A stretch of 64,000 bases of DNA from positions 1-64,000 of the forward strand of contig JAZSIR010000020.1 in assembly GCA_045533905.1 (NCBI GenBank), read 5' to 3'. Position numbers and translations under genes: made by a program. The number at the start of each line of letters is the position of its first letter. The first letter of the stretch is position 1. The notes under the pieces are model-generated. The model searched no databases. It saw nothing but the letters and a program-made list of their open reading frames with translations, and was not told the DNA's origin. The DNA is from Clostridia bacterium (GTDB taxonomy: Bacteria > Bacillota > Clostridia > UMGS1883 > UMGS1540). This document shows positions 1-9,779 of the stretch, piece after piece.

Positions 1-57
1 TACAATCTTTTCTCTAATTCCTTGTGGATACTTTTTCATTCCTTTAATTCCTGACAT
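1..57 (-). CDS. IS3-family transposase OrfA, N-terminus only (partial)
   Basis: Translates as MSGIKGMKKYPQGIREKIV after AGGAGG; resembles the HTH start of IS3/IS150 OrfA. Not in the ORF track. Confidence 0.6.
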   Translation of the reverse strand, partial: MSGIKGMKKYPQGIREKIV

Positions 58-136
58 AACAAAACCTCCTATGGTATTTTTATTCTACCATAGGAGGTGC
101 TTTTTTTCTATTGTCCGTTTTTACTGGACTTGTTCA
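1..136 (-). mobile_element. Left end of an IS3-family insertion sequence (runs off the window)
   Basis: The minus strand from 136 reads TGAACAAGTCCAGTAAAAACGGACAA, a TG-starting IS3-type terminal IR. It is followed by AGGAGG and an ATG at 57. The partner IR is outside the window. Confidence 0.7.
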
Positions 137-158
137 TTTTGGAATTGCTTTTTTGTTT

Positions 159-698
159 TTATTCCATTTGGCGTCCCAAAAAACCGGCTGCTGACTGTGC
201 CAGCTTTTCTTCTACCTCTCCCATTTGTTCATCGCGTTCTCCGGAAAGCATAATCACACTTCCAATAGGATCGCCTTCAGAAATGATGGGAACTACCACA
301 CCCGCTGTATATCGTTCCGTTCCATCTGCTACAGAGACGGTGTTTGTATTTTCCTTTCGAAGAAAGGTCGTTTTCTCACTCATAATCCTTTCGAGTTCAG
401 GGCTTACTCTTTTCTCAAAAAACTCTTTCTTGGGCGCACCGGAAACCGCGATAACATTATCCTTGTCTGTAATGCAAACCGGTCTCCCTGCAGTTTTAGA
501 AAGCGCTTCCGCATACTGCGATGCAAAATCGCCGAGTTCGCCGATCGGCGAGTACTTTTTGAAAATCACTTCCCCGTCCCGATTCGTAAAAATCTCGAGG
601 GGATCACCTTCGCGAATGCGCATGGTACGGCGAATTTCTTTCGGAATTACAACACGACCAAGGTCGTCAATTCTTCTTACAATTCCTGTAGCTTTCAT
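159..698 (-). CDS. spoVT: Stage V sporulation protein T (AbrB domain + GAF)
   Basis: MKATGIVRRIDDLGRVVIPKEIRRT...EGDPIGSVI...AAGFLGRQME. Confidence 0.96.
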   Translation of the reverse strand: MKATGIVRRIDDLGRVVIPKEIRRTMRIREGDPLEIFTNRDGEVIFKKYSPIGELGDFASQYAEALSKTAGRPVCITDKDNVIAVSGAPKKEFFEKRVSPELERIMSEKTTFLRKENTNTVSVADGTERYTAGVVVPIISEGDPIGSVIMLSGERDEQMGEVEEKLAQSAAGFLGRQME

Positions 699-732
699 AC
701 AGAGATTCTCCTTTTAATTTTAGTAACATCTC

Positions 733-761
733 TATTGTCTGCAAACAAGGAATTTTTATGC
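733..761 (-). promoter_or_regulatory. Putative forespore (SigG/SigF-type) promoter of spoVT
   Basis: Minus strand GCATA-N18-ACAATA; the same pattern precedes gpr. Confidence 0.5.
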
Positions 762-799
762 AAGGAAAATGGTGGCAAAATATCGGTTTAATTCCAATG

Positions 800-833
800 A
801 AAAACACGGTGCAAAATTGCACCGTGTTTTTTT
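800..833. terminator. Intrinsic terminator after the nucleotidyltransferase gene
   Basis: aaaaacacggtgcaa-aa-ttgcaccgtgttttt perfect hairpin with A/T tails. Confidence 0.8.
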
Positions 834-1971
834 ATAACCCAAGCCTTGTTCTGATTTCTTTGATTTTTTCTGTTTCCTCTGCTGAAATTTCAGTTACAGC
901 GGAGAATTCTGACAAAATTTGTTTTCTCTTTAAAATTGCCTTACACCATCTCATAACCCAGAAAACCGGCAACAAGAAGGGCATCTTTTTCAAAGTTGGA
1001 TATGACGCAGACATACTCATATACGGCAAAAACAGCCTTTTCAAAGTATATCCAAAAGCGTTTCCGGTTTGTTCCATCTTTACAGCAAGATGATTTTCCT
1101 GATTGCCGTAAACACCGCCGCTTACAATATATTGAAAAACCGGATCGGTATAAACAACCTCTTCTTGTGAAAAACACTTATTTGCGAGTGCGCTCACCTC
1201 AGCAGCAAAAGTCAAAATCCCCGCCTTTTCTAAAAGAGCTTCTGCTGCAGAAAACGGCATCTTCATCTTGTGTTCCATAATCCACACATCCGTCAAAGTA
1301 CGTATTCCGCATCCACCACGAAGAAAATGGTATGCCGCATGCGCGAATATGTAAAAGACAAAAAACTCCTCCACAAGTTGAAATTGGCTTCCTGATGATG
1401 GTGTCGCATATTTCCATACATCCTGAAGGACTGCATCTAGGTTTCTCATATTCTCGCAGACACTGAAATGAAGTTCCAGATGCACACCGGCGGGCGAACA
1501 AAGTTCCGCGTCATGGTAGCGCTTTTCTAAAAACTGAAAACCTTGTTTTTCCAGCTGACTTATCGCTTCATCCAGGTCCTTTTTATGGATTAAAACATCG
1601 ATATCACAGCTTGTACGCATATGCGCATCCGGATAGTAATCGCGAAGAACTGCGCCTTTTAACGGAATGTATGCGATCTGTGCTGCATCGAGGATTTGGC
1701 ATATCTCAGAAAGTGTATGCTGTATCTGCTCGCATCTGTACACAGATATAACCTCTTCGCGTTCCAGTGTTTCGAGCAGCGCACTCCCTGTTTCACATTT
1801 TGCAACATGGACAAATCGCGAAATGATGTGAGTAAGATCGTGTTTTTTTGCAAGGCTATACACATTTTTTAAAATATCGGGTGTTACTGCCTCTGCCACA
1901 GATTCGTAGCCTTCCCAACCATTTAAGGCGGAACGAAGAATCCCTATCAGCATCTTGCCCGTTTCATCCAT
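832..1971 (-). CDS. Uncharacterised nucleotidyltransferase family protein (NTP_transf_5-like)
   Basis: PLKGAVL..YYP...RTSCDIDVLI and LELH motifs; HFLRGGCGIRTLTD. Confidence 0.85.
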   Translation of the reverse strand: MDETGKMLIGILRSALNGWEGYESVAEAVTPDILKNVYSLAKKHDLTHIISRFVHVAKCETGSALLETLEREEVISVYRCEQIQHTLSEICQILDAAQIAYIPLKGAVLRDYYPDAHMRTSCDIDVLIHKKDLDEAISQLEKQGFQFLEKRYHDAELCSPAGVHLELHFSVCENMRNLDAVLQDVWKYATPSSGSQFQLVEEFFVFYIFAHAAYHFLRGGCGIRTLTDVWIMEHKMKMPFSAAEALLEKAGILTFAAEVSALANKCFSQEEVVYTDPVFQYIVSGGVYGNQENHLAVKMEQTGNAFGYTLKRLFLPYMSMSASYPTLKKMPFLLPVFWVMRWCKAILKRKQILSEFSAVTEISAEETEKIKEIRTRLGL

Positions 1972-1989
1972 ACGCTTTGCCCTTTCGTT

Positions 1990-3171
1990 CTATTTTCTCC
2001 AGACCATTTTGTTGACAACGCCCGTATAGGACTGAATGATTTTAACAACCTTGGTAGAAACATTTTCTTCCACGTACGTCGGAACCGGTATGCCATGGTC
2101 TCCGGCTGCCGTCATGGAAACAGCCGTTTCCACAGCTTGTATGAGGCTATTTTCGTCAATCCCGGCCAGAATGAAGCAAGCCTTATCCAAGGCCTCCGGC
2201 CTTTCTGTAGAAGTGCGGATGCATACTGCCGGGAAGGGATTCCCAATACTTGTGAAGAAACTGGATTCTTCCGGCAATGTGCCGCTGTCTGAAATAACCG
2301 CAAAAGCATTCATCTGCAAATGATTGTAATCATGAAAACCGAGAGGTTCGTGCTGAATCACGCGTTTGTCAAGTGCAAACCCGCTTTCCGAAAGACGCTT
2401 TTTGCTTCTCGGATGGCAGGAATACAGAATCGGCATATCATACTTTTCAGCAATTGTATTAATCGCCGTGAAAAGAGACAGGAAGTTTTTCTCTGTATCA
2501 ATATTTTCCTCTCTGTGTGCAGAAAGCAAGATATACTTTTTCTTTTCGAGGCCGAGCTTCGAAAGGATGTCGCTCGCCTCAATTTCTGCGAGATTTTCAT
2601 GCAGAACCTCTGCCATCGGCGAACCGGTGACATACGTTCTTTCTTTAGGAAGTCCGCATTCATGCAGATATCTTCTCGCGTGTTCGGAATATGCAAGATT
2701 TACATCAGAAATGATATCTACGATTCTTCTGTTTGTTTCCTCCGGCAGACACTCATCTTTGCAGCGGTTTCCTGCTTCCATATGAAAAATCGGGATGTGC
2801 AACCGCTTCGCGCTGATAACAGAAAGACAGGAGTTTGTGTCCCCTAAAACCAGAAGCGCATCCGGCTTTGTCTCGACCATCAGTTTGTAAGAACAGTTTA
2901 TGATGTTGCCGACCGTAGCCCCAAGGTCATCCCCCACAGCATCCATATACACTTCGGGAACTGCAAGTTTTAAGTCCTCAAAAAACACGCCGTTCAGATT
3001 GTAGTCATAGTTTTGACCAGTGTGCGCCAGAATGGTATCAAAATAACGGCGGCATTTATTAATAACCGCAGCAAGTCGGATGATTTCCGGTCGTGTGCCG
3101 ACAATAATCAAAAGTTTTAATTTTCCGTTATTTTGGAATTTCACATCACTGTAATCCAGTTTGATATTCAT
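1990..3171 (-). CDS. fnlC: UDP-2-acetamido-2,6-dideoxy-L-talose 2-epimerase (FnlC/Cap5G/WbjD)
   Basis: VGTRPEIIRL, HTGQNYD, HMEAGNRC, HREEN, SDSGT motifs; follows fnlA and fnlB. Confidence 0.88.
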   Translation of the reverse strand: MNIKLDYSDVKFQNNGKLKLLIIVGTRPEIIRLAAVINKCRRYFDTILAHTGQNYDYNLNGVFFEDLKLAVPEVYMDAVGDDLGATVGNIINCSYKLMVETKPDALLVLGDTNSCLSVISAKRLHIPIFHMEAGNRCKDECLPEETNRRIVDIISDVNLAYSEHARRYLHECGLPKERTYVTGSPMAEVLHENLAEIEASDILSKLGLEKKKYILLSAHREENIDTEKNFLSLFTAINTIAEKYDMPILYSCHPRSKKRLSESGFALDKRVIQHEPLGFHDYNHLQMNAFAVISDSGTLPEESSFFTSIGNPFPAVCIRTSTERPEALDKACFILAGIDENSLIQAVETAVSMTAAGDHGIPVPTYVEENVSTKVVKIIQSYTGVVNKMVWRK

Positions 3172-4370
3172 GATTCCACCACCTCAAAAAATGTGTCTGG
3201 ATGATAGGGGTCAAACTGTTCGTTGGCCCACATTACTGTCACCAGATTTTCCGTATCGGAAAGATTAATAATGTTATGTGTATAACCCGGAAGCATATGC
3301 ACCGCTTCGATTTTTTCTCCGGAAACTTCAAAATTCAAAACTTCATCCGAGCCGATCCGGCGCTGCTGAATAAGACCTTTTCCGGAAACCACAATAAAGA
3401 ACTCCCACTTGGTATTATGCCAGTGCTGCCCTTTTGTGATACCCGGCTTTGAAATATTGACAGAGAACTGGCCGCATTTTTCGGTTTTCAGAAGCTCCGT
3501 GAAACTCCCACGTTCATCTACGTTCATTTTCAGAGGAAAAGAAACCTTTTCCTTTGGAAGATAACTGAGATACGTGCTGTAAAGTTTCTTTGCAAATGAA
3601 TTGTGCGGAATTTCCGGCATAACCAGCGTGCTTGTCTGCATCTTGAAAGCGTCCAGAAGATCCACAATGTCCCCAAGCGTAACCTTATGGGTCACCGGTG
3701 CCGCGCAATACTCGCCGTCCTCACACAAAACGGTTTCAATCCCGTCAAAGAAACAATGATGTTCCTTATCCTCCAGCGCATCCAGCATTTCTGCCACAAG
3801 GTCATCGATATAAAGAAGCTCGAGACGTGCCTCTCTGTCATTAACCTGAATCGGCAAATCGTTTGCCACGTTATTGCAAAACGTAGCAACGGCAGAATTG
3901 TAGTTCGGACGGCACCACTTGCCGAATAAATTCGGGAAGCGATACACCAGAACTTTTGCACCGGTTTCCTCGCCATAAGAAAAGACAAGCTCTTCCCCCG
4001 CCTTTTTAGATCTGCCATACTCACTGTCATATCGCCCTATGCAGGTTGCCTGAATAGACGAAGATATCATAACAGGACAAGTGTTCTTATATTTTTTCAG
4101 GGTGTCCAGCAAGGTAGATGCAAAACCAAAATTTCCTTGCATAAATTCTTCTGCATTCTGCGGACGGTTTATGCCTGCAAGATTGAAAACAAAATCCGCT
4201 TCCTTACATGCCGTTTCTAAAAGAGCCATCGGAGAATCTATGTCGTAGAGGTACAGTTCCTCAACAGTAATGGCCGGACGGGTCTTATCTTTCCCGCTTT
4301 GTATATTCTGCAGTGCTTCTGTCAGATTTTTGCCTACAAACCCTGCGGCGCCAGTAATTAAAATCTTCAT
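3168..4370 (-). CDS. fnlB: Capsular polysaccharide biosynthesis reductase/epimerase (FnlB/CapF), SDR + cupin
   Basis: GAAGFVG, YGRSK, RFPNLFGKWCRPNYNS, C-terminal cupin GQHWHNTKWE. Confidence 0.9.
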   Translation of the reverse strand: MKILITGAAGFVGKNLTEALQNIQSGKDKTRPAITVEELYLYDIDSPMALLETACKEADFVFNLAGINRPQNAEEFMQGNFGFASTLLDTLKKYKNTCPVMISSSIQATCIGRYDSEYGRSKKAGEELVFSYGEETGAKVLVYRFPNLFGKWCRPNYNSAVATFCNNVANDLPIQVNDREARLELLYIDDLVAEMLDALEDKEHHCFFDGIETVLCEDGEYCAAPVTHKVTLGDIVDLLDAFKMQTSTLVMPEIPHNSFAKKLYSTYLSYLPKEKVSFPLKMNVDERGSFTELLKTEKCGQFSVNISKPGITKGQHWHNTKWEFFIVVSGKGLIQQRRIGSDEVLNFEVSGEKIEAVHMLPGYTHNIINLSDTENLVTVMWANEQFDPYHPDTFFEVVES

Positions 4371-4379
4371 TTTGGCTCC

Positions 4380-5423
4380 TTAAAAGCTTTTTGACATGGA
4401 ACGGAGTTCTTCACGAATGTATTCGAGTGTCAGAAGTTTTTCTTTTACCTGTTCTACATTCAGAAGTTCGGTGTTGCTGGAATCAAATTCACGGAGTGTG
4501 TTGCGTTCTTTGTCGCCTTCGTTGAAATATTTATCATAATTCAGGCCGCGATTGTCAGAGGGCACACGATAAAAGTCGCCCATATCCACAGCCATTTCGC
4601 ATTCTTCGTTTGTAAGAAGCGTTTCATAAAGCTTCTCACCGTGGCGAATGCCTATAACCCGGATCTGTGTTTCGGGATTAAATAATTCCGTAACGGCTTT
4701 TGCGAGCGTTTCGATAGTGCAGGCCGGCGCCTTCTGTACAAGAATATCCCCGTTTACGCCATTTTCAAAAGCGAAGAGTACAAGGTCTACCGCCTCATCC
4801 AGAGACATGATAAAACGCGTCATAGACGGCTCGGTAATGGTAATAGGATTCCCTGCTTTAATCTGGTCAATCCAAAGCGGAATAACAGAACCGCGGGAGC
4901 ACATAACATTGCCGTATCTTGTGCAGCAAATTTTTGTTTTTTCTGTGTTTCTTGCCTTTGCAACAGCCACTCTTTCTTCAAGAGCCTTTGTGATGCCCAT
5001 CGCATTTACAGGGTATGCAGCCTTATCCGTAGAAAGGCAGATAACACACTTTACGCCCTCTTCAATGGCTACAGTAAGCACATTATCGGTACCGATTACG
5101 TTCGTGCGAACAGCTTCCATCGGAAAAAACTCGCAGGAAGGCACCTGCTTGAGTGCTGCGGCATGGAAAATATAATCCACGCCGTGCATCGCATTGCGAA
5201 CGCTTGCAATGTCGCGGACATCACCAATATAAAACTTGATTTTGTCTGCAACATCAGGCATCTTGGCCTGAAACTCGTGACGCATATCGTCCTGCTTTTT
5301 CTCATCTCTAGAAAAAACGCGAATTTCTCCAATGTCTGTCTTTAAAAATCTGTTCAGCACCGCGTTTCCAAAAGAACCTGTCCCACCGGTAATCATCAGT
5401 GTTTTGTTTTTGAACATCGACAT
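4380..5423 (-). CDS. fnlA: UDP-GlcNAc 4,6-dehydratase/epimerase (FnlA/CapE)
   Basis: TGGTGSFG, HAAALKQVPSCEFFP, STDKA, RYGNVMCSRGSVIP. Confidence 0.92.
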   Translation of the reverse strand: MSMFKNKTLMITGGTGSFGNAVLNRFLKTDIGEIRVFSRDEKKQDDMRHEFQAKMPDVADKIKFYIGDVRDIASVRNAMHGVDYIFHAAALKQVPSCEFFPMEAVRTNVIGTDNVLTVAIEEGVKCVICLSTDKAAYPVNAMGITKALEERVAVAKARNTEKTKICCTRYGNVMCSRGSVIPLWIDQIKAGNPITITEPSMTRFIMSLDEAVDLVLFAFENGVNGDILVQKAPACTIETLAKAVTELFNPETQIRVIGIRHGEKLYETLLTNEECEMAVDMGDFYRVPSDNRGLNYDKYFNEGDKERNTLREFDSSNTELLNVEQVKEKLLTLEYIREELRSMSKSF

Positions 5424-5427
5424 ACTC

Positions 5428-6522
5428 TTACCCCTCCAAAATATCTGCTATTCTCTTACAAGCAAATCCATCTCCGTACGGATTGCTTGCTTCCGACATT
5501 TTTGCATATGCCTCTTCATTTTCAAGAAGCAATTTGAAATTCTCATAAATCACAGTTTCATCAGTGCCTACAAGCTTTAATGTGCCGGCCTTTATGCCCT
5601 CCGGCCGCTCTGTGGTATCGCGCATAACGAGAACCGGCTTCCCGAGCGAAGGCGCTTCTTCCTGAATGCCTCCGGAATCGGTCAGGATCATATAGCTTCT
5701 CGCCAGAAAGTTGTGAAAGTCCAAAACTTCCAGTGGCTCAATAATCCGGATACGTTCGAAACCGCCAAGTTCCTCTTCCGCTGCTTGCCGTACCACCGGG
5801 TTCATATGAATCGGATAAAGTGCCTTTACATCCGGATGTTCTTCCATCACACGGCGAATGGCGCGAAACATATTGTGCATCGGTCTACCCAAATTTTCCC
5901 GTCTGTGCGCCGTAATCATTATAAGGCGGCTGCCGTTGGCCCAATCGAGTTCCGAATGTTTGTAGTCCTCTCGCACCGTTGTTTTGAGGGCATCAATAGC
6001 AGTGTTGCCGGTTACAAAAATCGTCTCTTCGGCCTTCCCTTCACGAATGAGGTTTTCTTTCGAAAGCTCCGTCGGTGCGAAATTATATTTGGAAATGATC
6101 GATACAGCCTGTCTGTTAAATTCTTCCGGGTACGGGCTGTAAATGTTATATGTACGAAGGCCCGCTTCCACATGCCCCACCGGAATTTGTTTATAAAAAC
6201 AAGCAAGTGCCGTAACAAAGGTTGTTGACGTATCTCCGTGAACAAGCACAACATCGGGCTTCACCGTGTCCAAAACGTCCCCGATCCGATTCAAAATGTT
6301 TGTGGTAATATCAAATAATGTCTGTTTGTCTTTCATAACGGACAAATCGAAATCCGGCGCTACATCAAATGCATCCAGCACCTGATCAAGCATCTGTCGA
6401 TGTTGTCCTGTTACGCAAACCACAGTATGAATATCTTTGCGCGTTTTAAGCTCATTGACAAGCGGACACATTTTAATCGCTTCCGGCCGCGTGCCAAAAA
6501 CCAACATAACTGTCTTCATCAT
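5428..6522 (-). CDS. wecB: UDP-N-acetylglucosamine 2-epimerase (non-hydrolysing)
   Basis: FGTRPEAIKM, HGDTST, HVEAGLRT, TDSGGIQEEAP, NPYGDG; start adjusted to the ATG after GGAGA. Confidence 0.93.
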   Translation of the reverse strand: MMKTVMLVFGTRPEAIKMCPLVNELKTRKDIHTVVCVTGQHRQMLDQVLDAFDVAPDFDLSVMKDKQTLFDITTNILNRIGDVLDTVKPDVVLVHGDTSTTFVTALACFYKQIPVGHVEAGLRTYNIYSPYPEEFNRQAVSIISKYNFAPTELSKENLIREGKAEETIFVTGNTAIDALKTTVREDYKHSELDWANGSRLIMITAHRRENLGRPMHNMFRAIRRVMEEHPDVKALYPIHMNPVVRQAAEEELGGFERIRIIEPLEVLDFHNFLARSYMILTDSGGIQEEAPSLGKPVLVMRDTTERPEGIKAGTLKLVGTDETVIYENFKLLLENEEAYAKMSEASNPYGDGFACKRIADILEG

Positions 6523-6588
6523 ATGTCTCCCTGTATCGCTATGAATTTTCAAACAATTCATAGTATATACTTATACTTATACATATTG

Positions 6589-6617
6589 ATTATATCAAAA
6601 ACAAATGCCAATGTCAA
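6589..6617 (-). promoter_or_regulatory. Consensus SigA promoter of the wecB-fnlABC-NTase operon
   Basis: TTGACA-17-TATAAT with extended -10 TG on the minus strand. Confidence 0.8.
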
Positions 6618-6660
6618 CAACAACCTTCCGCACGTATCTTTTCTTTTCCGGTATAAGCCA

Positions 6661-6695
6661 AAACCCCAAAATCACGATTGTGATTTTGGGGTTTT
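6661..6695 (-). terminator. Terminator after tsf
   Basis: aaaccccaaaatcac...gtgattttggggttt hairpin. Confidence 0.75.
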
Positions 6696-6707
6696 ATGAT
6701 TTGTTTC

Positions 6708-7598
6708 TTATTTCACCATACCGGCTACTTCGCTGGCAAAGTCATCCACTTTCTTTTCAAGGCCTTCGCCCTTTTCAAAGCGGGCATACTTCAGAAGCTT
6801 TACGCCGTTCGCATCCAGATACTTGCCTACGCTTACGCTGTCATCCTTAACGAATGCCTGCTGCAGGAGACAGTTCTGTTCGAAGAACTTGTTGATTTTA
6901 CCGCCAACCATCTTTTCGATGATGTTATCGGGCTTATTGGCGTTCTTCGGATCTTCCTTAATCTGTGCAATGATGATGCTCTTTTCCTTTTCGATATCTT
7001 CTGCCGGAACAACTTCCTTGTCAAGATACAAAGGATTGATAGCGGCAATCTGCATTGCTGCATCGCGTGCTGCATCATATGCTGCAGAAGCGGAAATGTC
7101 GCCTTCGCAAGCTACCATAACGCCGATACGGCCACCGCCGTGTACGTAACCGATTACGTTGCCTTCAAAGCGTTCGAAGCGTCTTACGTTCATATTTTCA
7201 CCGATTGTAGCAATCTTTTCGGTGAGCATTTCGCGGATGGTGTTTTCGCCATCTACGAACTTAGAATCAAGAAGTGCTTCTACATCTGCCGGATTGGTTT
7301 TGATAACCTGCTTTGCAACGTCCTTAACGAACTGCTGGAATTCTGCATTCTTTGCAACGAAGTCGGTTTCAGAGTTAACTTCTACCATAGCACCTACATT
7401 GCCTTCAACCAGAATGTCTACAAGACCTTCGGAAGCGATGCGGCCTGCTTTCTTTACTGCAGCAGCCAGACCCTTCTCGCGAAGGAACTCAATTGCCTTG
7501 TCCATATCGCCGTCAGTGGCAGCAAGAGCTTTCTTGCAGTCCATCATGCCACAGCCGGTTCTTTCTCTTAATTCTTTAACTGTGCTTGCACTAATCAT
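6708..7598 (-). CDS. tsf: Translation elongation factor Ts
   Basis: VKELRERTGCGMMDCKKAL, EVNSETDFVAKN. Confidence 0.98.
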   Translation of the reverse strand: MISASTVKELRERTGCGMMDCKKALAATDGDMDKAIEFLREKGLAAAVKKAGRIASEGLVDILVEGNVGAMVEVNSETDFVAKNAEFQQFVKDVAKQVIKTNPADVEALLDSKFVDGENTIREMLTEKIATIGENMNVRRFERFEGNVIGYVHGGGRIGVMVACEGDISASAAYDAARDAAMQIAAINPLYLDKEVVPAEDIEKEKSIIIAQIKEDPKNANKPDNIIEKMVGGKINKFFEQNCLLQQAFVKDDSVSVGKYLDANGVKLLKYARFEKGEGLEKKVDDFASEVAGMVK

Positions 7599-7630
7599 AA
7601 TTCTGTTTTCATCCTTTCCACAAGAAAAGC

Positions 7631-8359
7631 TTATTCAGCTTCTACTTCTTCAGCTTCTGCTGCAGCTTCCATCTGTTCGCCCTGTCTGCCTTCCAAAACA
7701 GCGTTGGAAATAACAGAAGCAATCAGCTTTACGGCACGGATAGCATCATCGTTGCCAGGAATTGCAAAATCTACTTCTTCAGGGTCGCAGTTTGTATCTA
7801 CAATAGCAACTACAGGGATGTTGAGCTTCTTTGCTTCTGCAATTGCAATCTTTTCCTTTTTCGGGTCAACTACGAAGAGTGCGCCCGGCAGCTTCTTCAT
7901 ATCTTTGATACCGCCAAGGTACTTTTCGAGTTTTTCCATTTCACCGCGAAGCTTCATAACTTCCTTCTTGGTGAGAAGATCAAATGTGCCGTCTTCTTCC
8001 ATCTTCTGGAGCTGGTAGAGACGTTCAATTCTCTTCTTGATTGTTTTGAAGTTGGTCATCATACCGCCGAGCCATCTTGCATTTACAAAATGCATGCCCA
8101 CGCGTTCTGCTTCTTCCTTGATAGATTCCTGTGCCTGCTTCTTTGTACCAACGTACAGAATTTCGCCGCCGGCGGCAGCAACATCGCGAACAAAGGCATA
8201 GGCTTCTTCAATCTTCTTTACGGTCTTCTGCAGGTCGATGATATAGATACCGTTTCTTTCGGTAAAAATATACTCGGCCATTTTGGGGTTCCATCTTCTG
8301 GTCTGGTGACCGAAGTGAACACCTGCTTCCAATAACTGTTTCATTGCGACTACTGACAT
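7631..8359 (-). CDS. rpsB: 30S ribosomal protein S2
   Basis: [27 protein letters not shown]; start adjusted after GGAGG. Confidence 0.98.
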   Translation of the reverse strand: MSVVAMKQLLEAGVHFGHQTRRWNPKMAEYIFTERNGIYIIDLQKTVKKIEEAYAFVRDVAAAGGEILYVGTKKQAQESIKEEAERVGMHFVNARWLGGMMTNFKTIKKRIERLYQLQKMEEDGTFDLLTKKEVMKLRGEMEKLEKYLGGIKDMKKLPGALFVVDPKKEKIAIAEAKKLNIPVVAIVDTNCDPEEVDFAIPGNDDAIRAVKLIASVISNAVLEGRQGEQMEAAAEAEEVEAE

Positions 8360-8369
8360 ATCAGCACCT

Positions 8370-8455
8370 CCAAAAATGTTTATACCTCCGCCTGCTTCTA
8401 CAGCGCTGCGCCTTTCGGAACTGCACCGCCTCAGCTGGGCGTGTGTATTTTGTAT
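8370..8455 (-). promoter_or_regulatory. rpsB (S2) autoregulatory leader, downstream of a TTGCAT-17-TATAAT promoter
   Basis: ACACAC...GGTGC...GCGGAGG..TAAAC pattern typical of Firmicute rpsB leaders. Confidence 0.55.
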
Positions 8456-8500
8456 CCCAAGTATTATACTACATATTTTTTGCAAATGCAAGCACTTTTT

Positions 8501-9439
8501 TCAAAAAATACGATTTTTTTCATTTTCTTTTGGCAGGATCCTCAGAAAGTAGTTTTGCATATTTTCATACAGCACCTTTCTGACCACGGATTCCGCGATA
8601 TTTTCTCGCAAAAGCCGCTCTGCCAGATTGCACATATCTCTTGCCCCGGAAAGGCCGTGCGGCGTTCTGGAAATACCATCGAAGTCACTTCCGAGTCCTA
8701 CATAGTCTTCCCCGTCCTCTGCCAGAAAATGCAGAATGTGGCGCAGAACATCTTCTATATCCTCTCCACCCAGAAATTCCGGATAGAAATTTACACCCAC
8801 CATGCCTCTGTTTTGCCGAATGGCCGCGAACTGTGCATCCGTAAGATTCCGCGGATGGTCGCAAATCGCTTTCGCGCAGGAATGAGAAGCAATTACGGGC
8901 CTCTTTGCCACGCCAATGACATCCCAGAATCCTTTTTCGGAAATATGCGAAACATCCACTGCCATACCGAGGTTCTCCATCTCTTCGATTACCTCTCGCC
9001 CAAACGTGGTAAGCCCGCCGTCCTCTCTTTCATCCATGGCGGCATCCGATATTTTGTTGGCCCCATTCCAGGTAAGCGTCATAAGCCGCACACATTTTTG
9101 AAAAAGACGTGCCACGTCGTTCTTCTCGGTAATAGGTTCCCCGCCTTCAATTCCCAGGAGAAACGCGGGTCCTTTTGTATGACACTTCAAATCTGCTTTT
9201 GTTTTGATAATACAGTTCGAAGGTACACGAAGGCGATTTATCCCCTTAACTGCAAAATCATACGCCGTTTCTTTTCTGCCCGGATCGATCCAAACTGCCA
9301 TCACCTGCACATAGCGCGCATAGCCCCGTGCCGCAGAAAGGTTGAATTCCAGGTCTTTTCTCTCCAGAGAGCCGCCGTCGCGCAGCTTATCCAGAGTGTC
9401 ACAATGCGCATCAAATACACTTACATCAGCAGAATGCAT
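8501..9439 (-). CDS. Membrane dipeptidase (peptidase M19)
   Basis: DAHCD, GIEG, LTWN, DVSH, ASHS, HPRNLTD, GLGSDFDG. Confidence 0.9.
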   Translation of the reverse strand: MHSADVSVFDAHCDTLDKLRDGGSLERKDLEFNLSAARGYARYVQVMAVWIDPGRKETAYDFAVKGINRLRVPSNCIIKTKADLKCHTKGPAFLLGIEGGEPITEKNDVARLFQKCVRLMTLTWNGANKISDAAMDEREDGGLTTFGREVIEEMENLGMAVDVSHISEKGFWDVIGVAKRPVIASHSCAKAICDHPRNLTDAQFAAIRQNRGMVGVNFYPEFLGGEDIEDVLRHILHFLAEDGEDYVGLGSDFDGISRTPHGLSGARDMCNLAERLLRENIAESVVRKVLYENMQNYFLRILPKENEKNRIF

Positions 9440-9779
9440 TTTCAATAATCTCCATATTTTCCTTTCGGATTTTGCCGTCCGCACTTGTGATGGAAACCAC
9501 ATCAAAGCGCACCGCCGGCTCCACTTCATATTTTTGCAGATATAACATCGCCGTCTTTTTGATGCGTTCTTGTTTACGGCGATCTACCGCTGCCACGCCG
9601 CCACCAAAGGCGTCACTGCCACGAAATTTTACTTCCACAAATACAAGGTACTCGCCTTTTTCCGCAATAATGTCGATTTCCCCAAAGCGGCTGAAATAAT
9701 TTTGCTCCAACACTTTATACCCAAGCCGTTTCAGATATTTCGCCGCTTCTTTTTCTGCCAACTGTCCCTTTTCTCTCAC
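9426..9779 (-). CDS. YraN (UPF0102) putative endonuclease
   Basis: GQLAE..A..YL...GY, GEIDII, FVEVKFR, RFDVV; GTG start overlaps the rnhB stop. Confidence 0.9.
   Translation of the reverse strand: MREKGQLAEKEAAKYLKRLGYKVLEQNYFSRFGEIDIIAEKGEYLVFVEVKFRGSDAFGGGVAAVDRRKQERIKKTAMLYLQKYEVEPAVRFDVVSITSADGKIRKENMEIIENAFC

Noticed and set aside
6563-6585. TATAC/TTATAC short tandem repeat downstream of the wecB promoter
   Set aside because: Only about three units in AT-rich DNA; too little to claim phase variation or an operator.
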